A stretch of DNA of 64,000 nt from an uncultured Clostridia bacterium (GTDB taxonomy: Bacteria; Bacillota; Clostridia; Christensenellales; UBA1242): contig CAKVLG010000005.1 in NCBI GenBank assembly GCA_934756675.1, forward strand, positions 24,543 to 88,542, read 5' to 3'. A program made the translations under genes and the position numbers. Position 1 is the first letter of the stretch; each line of letters begins with the position of its first letter. Under the pieces are notes generated by a model that had not been told where the DNA came from, did no database searches, and saw only the letters and a program-made list of their open reading frames with translations. This document shows positions 57,966 to 64,000 of this stretch, piece by piece.

Positions 57966-59528
57966 ATGATAACTGTTGATAAATTATCTATTGAAACGCT
58001 TGATGGTAGAAAGTTAATAGAAAACCTTTCTTTTCAACTTAGTGATGGTGACAAGCTTGCGGTTATCGGTGAAGAAGGTAATGGAAAATCTACACTTTTA
58101 AAAGCCATTATTGATTTTTCGCTTGTTAACTCTTATTGTAATGTGTCTGGGGTTGTGAAAAAAGACAGCACTAATATTGGATACTTAGAGCAAAAATTAA
58201 ATTCTGGTTGGTATGATTGCAGTGTATTAGAGTTCTTTTTGAGAGATAACTATTATAGCGACATAGATTATGAAAAATATGGCGAAATAAACCTTTTTGA
58301 ACGCACACTTAAAAGGCTCGATTTTAATCCAGAATATTTGCATAAGGATATGAAAATAGGAAATCTATCTGGTGGCGAACAGGTAAAATTGCAGATTGCA
58401 AAACTTTTTATAAACAAGCCAGATGCAATTTTCTTAGATGAACCAACTAACGATCTGGACATCGATACGTTAAAAATTCTAGAGCAATATATTCTTCAAA
58501 CAAAGCAGCCTATAATGTATATTTCGCATGATGAAACATTGCTCGAAAGAACAGCTAACAGAATTTTGCACATAGAACAATTAATAAGAAAATCTAAACC
58601 TAAATTTACACTTGAAAGATGCGGGTATGATGAGTATGTTTCTGCAAGAAAAAGAAGTATAGAACATCAAACTCAAGTTGCTTATAATGAACGCCGCGAG
58701 CATGAGAAAAAAGAAGAGATTTTAAGACAAATAAAGCAAAAAGTTGAAAATGCCTTGGTTGCAGCTAAAAAAGACCCATCTTCTGGCAGAATTATTGCTA
58801 AAAAAATGGCAAATGTAAAAGCCTTGGAACATAGATATGAAAATGAAGAATTAACAGAAGTTCCAGATGTTGAAGAAGCTATTAATATTATTGTAGATAA
58901 ATCTGTCACTGTCCCAAACCAAAAAAGAGTGTTAGATTTGCACATGGATTATTTGGGCGTAGGCGACAAGTTGTTATCTAAAGATGTTGATTTGCAAATT
59001 TATGGGCCAAAAAAGGTGGCAATTATTGGTAAAAATGGTTGCGGTAAAACAACATTGCTAAGAGAAATTGTACCAATTTTAGATGAAACGCCAGGTTTAA
59101 GAGTTGGATATTTTTCACAGAATTACTATGAAGTGCTCGATTATAACGCTACAGCATGTGACCAAATTTTTGAATCTAATAGCGAATTTAACCCACGAAC
59201 ATTACTCGGAAGTTTAAAATTTACGCGTGATGAAATGCTTAAAAAAGTAAAAGACTTAAGCGAAGGGCAAAAGGCAAAAATAGCACTTATGAAGCTTGTT
59301 ATAGAAAAGAACAATATACTTGTTCTTGATGAACCAACACGTAATCTTAGCCCACTATCTAATCCTGTTATAAGAGAAATGTTAAAGACTTATAATGGTG
59401 CAATCATTACAGTATCGCACGATAGAAAGTTTATTAAAGAAGTTTGTGATGAAGTGTATTCTTTGGATAAAAATGGCCTTACAAAAATTCCCATGCGTGA
59501 GTTAGAAAGTGATGAAATAATATATTAA
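57966..59528 (+). CDS. ABC-F family ATPase (two ABC domains, no TM domain)
   Basis: 520 aa. Walker A GEEGNGKST and GKNGCGKTT, signature motifs LSGGEQ and LSEGQK, and a ~90-aa charged inter-domain linker. SD aaaggaggggg. Confidence 0.8.
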   Translation: MITVDKLSIETLDGRKLIENLSFQLSDGDKLAVIGEEGNGKSTLLKAIIDFSLVNSYCNVSGVVKKDSTNIGYLEQKLNSGWYDCSVLEFFLRDNYYSDIDYEKYGEINLFERTLKRLDFNPEYLHKDMKIGNLSGGEQVKLQIAKLFINKPDAIFLDEPTNDLDIDTLKILEQYILQTKQPIMYISHDETLLERTANRILHIEQLIRKSKPKFTLERCGYDEYVSARKRSIEHQTQVAYNERREHEKKEEILRQIKQKVENALVAAKKDPSSGRIIAKKMANVKALEHRYENEELTEVPDVEEAINIIVDKSVTVPNQKRVLDLHMDYLGVGDKLLSKDVDLQIYGPKKVAIIGKNGCGKTTLLREIVPILDETPGLRVGYFSQNYYEVLDYNATACDQIFESNSEFNPRTLLGSLKFTRDEMLKKVKDLSEGQKAKIALMKLVIEKNNILVLDEPTRNLSPLSNPVIREMLKTYNGAIITVSHDRKFIKEVCDEVYSLDKNGLTKIPMRELESDEIIY

Positions 59529-59529
59529 A

Positions 59530-59560
59530 AAACCCACCAGATTATCTGGTGGCTTTTTTA
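59530..59560. terminator. Bidirectional terminator between the ABC-F gene and cwlD
   Basis: ccaccag-attat-ctggtgg with a flanking A-run and T-run. Confidence 0.8.
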
Positions 59561-59563
59561 TTG

Positions 59564-60277
59564 TTAGTTTGCTTTAGAAATAAATTCCATTATACCTTCA
59601 AATATACAAGTTGTGACTTTGTCTTGATAGTCGGCGTTTAATAAGTTTGCTTCGTCTTCTGCGTTAGATAAAAAACCACATTCAGCAATTATAGCTGGTG
59701 CATTTGAGCACTTTAACATAAAATAATCACCCTTAGACACTTCTGGTTTACTTGCGGGCAAACGTTCGTAAAATAATTTTTGTATGGATTTTGCAATCAT
59801 AAGAGAGGTGTCACTTTTGCCATCAAAAAACACTTGTGCACCGCGAAGTGTGTGGTTTGTGTAGCTGTTCATATGTACACTTACAACAAGGTTAGGGTTT
59901 GCTTTTTCTATTATCTCTTTGCGTTTTTGCATGTCACGCTTTTTGTAGTTTGCGGTAGAAATGCCATATAACCCGTCAGAAGTTTCACGCGTTAAAACCA
60001 CCCTTATACCAGCGTTCTCTAGTTTTTGTTTAAGGAGTAAGGTATATTTCAAATTAAGCTCGCTTTCGGGCGTTTTTGTCTTGTAACCAATACTTCCAGG
60101 GTCAAGACCGCCATGCCCAGCGTCCAACACAATTGTATAGTCTAGTTTTGTTTTATTTTCGCTTGCGTCTACCACTTTTGCAAACGTGAAAGAAGAGATA
60201 ATCACAAAGCACATGATTATCGAAAATATTATTATTTGTCCTTTTGTTACAGCTTTTATTAAATGTTGTTTTCGCAT
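59564..60277 (-). CDS. cwlD: N-acetylmuramoyl-L-alanine amidase, CwlD-like (germination-specific)
   Basis: Amidase_3 domain with VLDAGHGGLDPGS, SVHMNS and ECGFLSN. Start taken at MRKQHL (60277), followed by a TM/signal segment as in CwlD. The listed 5' extension to 60388 has no support. Confidence 0.8.
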   Translation of the reverse strand: MRKQHLIKAVTKGQIIIFSIIMCFVIISSFTFAKVVDASENKTKLDYTIVLDAGHGGLDPGSIGYKTKTPESELNLKYTLLLKQKLENAGIRVVLTRETSDGLYGISTANYKKRDMQKRKEIIEKANPNLVVSVHMNSYTNHTLRGAQVFFDGKSDTSLMIAKSIQKLFYERLPASKPEVSKGDYFMLKCSNAPAIIAECGFLSNAEDEANLLNADYQDKVTTCIFEGIMEFISKAN

Positions 60278-60358
60278 ACTAAAAGTTACGCTAACATTTT
60301 GCAAAATATGTATCAGCCGTTCTATTGAATAAATTATCAAGCTCCAAAAGTAGAAAAT

Positions 60359-60632
60359 ATGGCAATAGAAGAATTTATGCGTGGGCACAATAAAACGTTG
60401 GAGATTTTAGAGCCAAGTATCATAATGCTTTTAAAAGGTGGACTTTGCAGATTAGAAAGGGTGAATATGAAAATTAAAAAATGCGATGTTTGTGGTAAAG
60501 ATATAAAAGTTGACGCTCTAGAGACTATCAATTTTTAAATCGTTACAAGAATTAAAAAACAATACTAAAATTGATAACAGTTATCTAAAAGATATATGGC
60601 AAGAAATAAGTGACATAAGTTACAATTATTGA
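60359..60632 (+). other. Small ORF interrupted at a T5A3 run (59 codons, or 24 from the internal ATG at 60467, then 31 codons in the +1 frame)
   Basis: The 0 frame runs 60359-60538 and ends ...CDVCGKDIKVDALETINF-TAA. The +1 frame from 60537 reads KSLQELKNNTKIDNSYLKDIWQEISDISYNY-TGA (60630-32). The ORF falls below the 60-aa cut-off of the supplied track. Confidence 0.25.
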
Positions 60633-60699
60633 TTTTTCTTTTCTTTGCCACTTGAAAATTAACGGCAAGTGGTGTTAAAATGCCAGGTAGGAGAAGTGT

Positions 60700-61077
60700 A
60701 TGGCGATAAGAGAAATTGAAAACGGTAGACTTAAGAATAAAATTTATTCAGATGAAGAATTTATGGACATTGCACTAGAATCTTGCATTATGAATGATTT
60801 GATAATGACGCCAAAATATAAACAATTAATGGCAGAAAAGAAAATGCAAAAGAAAGATTTGCAAATTTATTTTAGTTACGTGGCATCGCTTGGTGATTAT
60901 TTAAAATCTTTATATTTATCTCAGGTTGAACTGATGCAAGAGATGCAAAAAGTGGAAGCATATTACAGGTTGGTAAAAGGTTCGAGAAAAGAAAAAGAAT
61001 TAGTGCAAGATTTCAGCAAAATAATAGATGAAGAAATCGAAAAGTTTGTGCCAAATGGCGGAGAACCAATAAATTAA
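60700..61077 (+). CDS. Hypothetical helical protein (125 aa)
   Basis: SD aggagaag. Promoter TTGAAA-18-TAAAAT (about 60651-60680) overlaps the hairpin ccacttg/caagtgg. Confidence 0.5.
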   Translation: MAIREIENGRLKNKIYSDEEFMDIALESCIMNDLIMTPKYKQLMAEKKMQKKDLQIYFSYVASLGDYLKSLYLSQVELMQEMQKVEAYYRLVKGSRKEKELVQDFSKIIDEEIEKFVPNGGEPIN

Positions 61078-61147
61078 CACATAGCAATTTGAACATTTCA
61101 AATTGCTATGTTTTTTCTTTGTTTTTTTTAAAAACCATGTTCACTCC

Positions 61148-61176
61148 TTGCAAGTGCGGTGGCAGTTTGGTATAAT
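61148..61176 (+). promoter_or_regulatory. Consensus promoter abutting the mrnC start codon
   Basis: TTGCAA (61148-53), 17 nt, TGgTATAAT (61168-76), then agat-ATG-ATG (61181/61184). No SD. Confidence 0.6.
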
Positions 61177-61180
61177 AGAT

Positions 61181-61579
61181 ATGATGGAAAAGACGGATAA
61201 TTTATCTGAAATGCAAGTTTTTGAAAAACAGCCGCTGGTGCTCGCCATTGTTGGCGATGCGGTGTATACTTTGTATGTGCGCGAAAGATTGGCGAAAGAA
61301 ACAAACTTAAAAGTCAATGAGCTTAGCCGTAGAGTTTCGAAAAATGTTAATGCAAAAGCTCAGCATGACAGTTACTTTTTGATAGAGCCAATGCTAACAG
61401 ATCGCGAATTGCAAGTGGCAAAGCGTGCACGCAACACAAACATTCATAGTCATGCAAAAAATTATTCAATTGAAGAATATATTTATGCGACAGCGTTTGA
61501 ATCATTGCTTGGCTACTTAAAGTTGCTTGGCAGGGAAGATAGATTAAAAGAAATATTTGATAAATTGGAGTTATTATGA
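61181..61579 (+). CDS. mrnC: Mini-ribonuclease III
   Basis: LVLAIVGDAVYTLYVRERL...AKAQ...RARN...YATAFESLLGYL is the Mini-III pattern. The listed start at 61103 lies upstream of the promoter. Confidence 0.85.
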   Translation: MMEKTDNLSEMQVFEKQPLVLAIVGDAVYTLYVRERLAKETNLKVNELSRRVSKNVNAKAQHDSYFLIEPMLTDRELQVAKRARNTNIHSHAKNYSIEEYIYATAFESLLGYLKLLGREDRLKEIFDKLELL

Positions 61580-62298
61580 ATATAGAAGGTAAAAATGCAG
61601 TTCAAGAAGCACTTAGATGCGACAAGACAATAGATAAAATTTATATAACAGACGGTACAACGGATAATGAAGTTCGTGACTTGCTTGCTCAAGCAAAAGC
61701 AAAGGCAATAAGAGTTGAATTTGCAGACAAAAAGCGTATGGACAAACTTAGTGAAACGGGAAAACATCAAAACATTATTGCGATTGTTTCGGATTTTGTT
61801 TATTCTGACTTAAAAGATGTTGTGAATAACGCACGCGAAAAAGGCGAAGATATTTTGCTCATTCTTCTCGACGGAATCGAAGATCCACATAACCTTGGCA
61901 GCGTTATAAGAGTTGCCGAATGTGCTGGCGCGACAGCTGTTGTTATACCAAACCGCAGGTCTGCCGTTGTTAACGAAACAGTTGTTAGGGTTTCGGTTGG
62001 TGCAAGTATGTATGTGCCTGTTTGCAAGGTTAATAATCTCAACCAAGCAATTGAAGAACTAAAGGAAATGGGTATATGGGTTTATGCAGCCGATATGGAC
62101 GGCACACCTATGTATGATGTTAATCTTAAAGGTGACATAGCGCTAGTTATTGGCGCAGAAGGTGATGGCGTTTCTAAGCTTACAAGAAAGGTTTGTGACG
62201 GCATTATTTCTATTCCTATGAAAGGAAAAATTAATTCATTAAATGCTAGTGTAAGTGCGGGCATTGTTACTTATGAAGCAATAAGACAAAGGGGTTAA
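61576..62298 (+). CDS. rlmB: 23S rRNA (guanosine-2'-O-)-methyltransferase RlmB
   Basis: 240 aa. EDPHNLGSVIRVAECAGA, VIGAEGDGVS and SLNASVSAGIVTYE. 4-nt overlap with mrnC. Confidence 0.85.
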   Translation: MNIEGKNAVQEALRCDKTIDKIYITDGTTDNEVRDLLAQAKAKAIRVEFADKKRMDKLSETGKHQNIIAIVSDFVYSDLKDVVNNAREKGEDILLILLDGIEDPHNLGSVIRVAECAGATAVVIPNRRSAVVNETVVRVSVGASMYVPVCKVNNLNQAIEELKEMGIWVYAADMDGTPMYDVNLKGDIALVIGAEGDGVSKLTRKVCDGIISIPMKGKINSLNASVSAGIVTYEAIRQRG

Positions 62299-62300
62299 AA

Positions 62301-62861
62301 TTGAAGAAATTTGACGACGAATTAGAAGATATTATCAGTTCTTATTCAAAGATAATTCGCAAAGTTTGCCGAAGATACTATTTGGCAGGCGCGACTCAAG
62401 ATGACCTTTTTCAAGAAGGTATGATTGGCGTGCTTGAAGCTTATAACAAGTTCGATGGCAAGCCAAAAGACGAAGAGTTTAAGAAGTTTGCAATTATTTG
62501 TGCAAAACATAAAATCTTTGATGCGATACGTAAGTCAAATAACAAAAAAAATCAGCCGCTTAATAACTATGTTCCAATCGTGTACCGCAACGAAGACGAA
62601 AACTCTGAATTTGAACTTCACGATGTAAGCATAGCAAGTAACGCCGAAAACGACCCAGCCATTTTGTTTTTAAAACAAGAGCTTGTGGAAGAACGTGTAA
62701 AAAAACTCAGCGAAAAATTGAGCGATTATGAAAAACAAGTGATTGATATGTATCTTGATGGCGAGTCGCAGTCCGAAATTGCAATCAAGCTTGGTAAAGA
62801 TAAAAAATCGATAGATAACACATTGCAGCGCGTGAAAAACAAACTGCGGGAGGATAAATAG
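62301..62861 (+). CDS. sigH: RNA polymerase sporulation sigma factor SigH
   Basis: 186 aa. DLFQEGMIGVLEAYNKFD (region 2) and KKNQPLNNYVPI, which is SigH-typical. C-terminal HTH is ESQSEIAIKLGKDKKSIDNTLQRVKNKL. TTG start with SD aagggg. Synteny mrnC-rlmB-sigH. Confidence 0.8.
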   Translation: MKKFDDELEDIISSYSKIIRKVCRRYYLAGATQDDLFQEGMIGVLEAYNKFDGKPKDEEFKKFAIICAKHKIFDAIRKSNNKKNQPLNNYVPIVYRNEDENSEFELHDVSIASNAENDPAILFLKQELVEERVKKLSEKLSDYEKQVIDMYLDGESQSEIAIKLGKDKKSIDNTLQRVKNKLREDK

Positions 62862-64000
62862 ATGTATTTAGCATTATATAGAAAATACAGACCACAAACA
62901 TTTAATGAAGTTGTTGGGCAAAGACATATTGTTAAAACGCTTATCAACCAAATAAAAACAGACAAAGTGGGGCATGCATATTTGTTTTGTGGTAGCCGCG
63001 GAACTGGTAAAACAAGTATTGCTAAAATCTTTGCACGAGCTATTAATTGTCCAAATACTAAAGACGGTATCCCTTGTGGCACTTGCGATATTTGCAAAAA
63101 CTTAGAGAAAAACAACATGGACATTCTTGAAATTGATGCCGCTTCAAACAATGGTGTTGATGAAATCCGTGATTTAAGGGAAAAAGTAAAATACCCACCA
63201 GTTGTCGGCAGATATAAAGTTTATATTATAGACGAAGTCCACATGCTTTCGCCTAGTGCATTTAACGCATTATTAAAAACATTGGAAGAGCCACCAAAGT
63301 ATGTTGTTTTCATTTTGGCAACAACCGAAGTGCACAAGCTTCCAGCAACCATACTTTCACGTTGTATGCGCTTTGATTTCAGTTTACTTTCAAACGAAGA
63401 CTTGTCTGGCCTAGCGAAAAAAGTTTTGACGAATGAAGGCATAACATACGAAGACAAAGCTATTGAACTGATTGTTCGAAGTGCAGAGGGTAGTGTGCGT
63501 GATATGTTGTCGCTTGCCGATATGTGCATATCTTTTTCGGGCGAAAAACTCACATATAAAAATGTTCTTGATGTTCTTGGTACAACCGAACGCGAAACGC
63601 TTGCCGGCATTGCTGAAAATGTTTTAAACAAAAACATGGGCGAAGTTTTGGCGAGTCTAGATTGCGCCCTTGCTAGTGGCAAACGTCCAATCGTTCTTGC
63701 AAAAGATTTGATTGGTTATTTTAGAGATTTACTTGTAATTTTAACAATTCCAGAAAAAAGCAGAGAATTGGTTGTTGTTCAAGACGATATATTCGAAAAG
63801 ATGAAATCGCAGGCAACAGACAAAAACTTCAACTTGATTGTCGAAGCAATAAAAGACTTGAGTGAAGTTGAACAAAATCTTAGATATTCGAGCAACCCAC
63901 GTATTGTGCTCGAAACGGCACTAATTAAAGTTGTAAACAATCTTTCACTTTTAGAGCGTATCGAAAACCTAGAAAGGGGAATAATTACAACGCTTCCAGC
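62862..64000 (+). CDS. dnaX: DNA polymerase III subunit gamma/tau, 3'-truncated by the window edge
   Basis: Absent from the supplied ORF track because no stop codon is reached. ATG 62862 follows GGAGG. MYLALYRKYRPQTFNEVVGQRHIV...GSRGTGKTSIAKIFARAINC...IDEVHMLS...LKTLEEPP...SRCMRFDF. The frame stays open to nt 64000. Confidence 0.95.
   Translation, partial: MYLALYRKYRPQTFNEVVGQRHIVKTLINQIKTDKVGHAYLFCGSRGTGKTSIAKIFARAINCPNTKDGIPCGTCDICKNLEKNNMDILEIDAASNNGVDEIRDLREKVKYPPVVGRYKVYIIDEVHMLSPSAFNALLKTLEEPPKYVVFILATTEVHKLPATILSRCMRFDFSLLSNEDLSGLAKKVLTNEGITYEDKAIELIVRSAEGSVRDMLSLADMCISFSGEKLTYKNVLDVLGTTERETLAGIAENVLNKNMGEVLASLDCALASGKRPIVLAKDLIGYFRDLLVILTIPEKSRELVVVQDDIFEKMKSQATDKNFNLIVEAIKDLSEVEQNLRYSSNPRIVLETALIKVVNNLSLLERIENLERGIITTLP

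Noticed and set aside
60337-60531. A 64-aa minus-strand ORF in the cwlD upstream region.
   Set aside because: No SD, and the composition is hydrophobic and low-complexity. It overlaps the more plausible plus-strand small ORF and a promoter region.
60359-61077. Possible paralogy between the interrupted small ORF and the following 125-aa ORF. Both begin MAI.E and both contain EEFM...LE.S.IM..L.
   Set aside because: The similarity is confined to a handful of residues and needs gaps. It cannot be distinguished from chance without a statistical alignment.
1-64000. CRISPR arrays, transposons/IS elements, prophage genes, rRNA operons, and alternative genetic codes (TGA or TAG reassignment).
   Set aside because: I saw no regularly spaced direct repeats, transposase, integrase or phage structural motifs. 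All conserved proteins terminate at their expected lengths with standard stop codons, and Trp is encoded by TGG.

Overview
The window is a 64 kb chromosomal segment from a low-GC, endospore-forming Bacillota (Clostridia-like) genome. The spore-former call rests on a gerA-type germinant receptor operon, cwlD and sigH. I saw no transposase, integrase, CRISPR array or rRNA, and standard code 11 fits. About 60 genes are present, mostly core functions. These include rpsF-ssb-rpsR, dnaB-glnS and a compact alaS-like gene, rpsL-rpsG-fusA-tuf followed directly by rpoB-rpoC, mrnC-rlmB-sigH-dnaX, and an Rrf2-nifS-mnmA-nifU sulfur-trafficking operon. Also present are ask-asd/ddh-dapB (the dehydrogenase branch of DAP/lysine synthesis), aspS, several RNA methyltransferases and one tRNA-Ser(UGA). 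Accessory content comprises a 5'-truncated cysteine-laddered beta-helix surface protein, hipBA, two P-type ATPases, a BspA-like LRR protein, an O-antigen-ligase-like protein, an ABC-F ATPase and an HD hydrolase. The best candidate for an undescribed system is a terminator-insulated three-gene operon at 43.4-44.9 kb. It has an orphan HicB-like protein plus two proteins I cannot place, and a repeated operator-like motif. The strongest sequence-level pattern is a recurring leaderless-mRNA architecture (TGnTATAAT-N6-ATG, no Shine-Dalgarno) at eight or more genes. Other items are a compact AlaRS-like protein lacking the C-Ala and beta-barrel modules, a GC-rich structured island after the tRNA, near-identical junction repeats flanking mnmA, and a possible +1 frameshift small ORF. 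All functional calls come from motif recognition by eye; no database search was possible.
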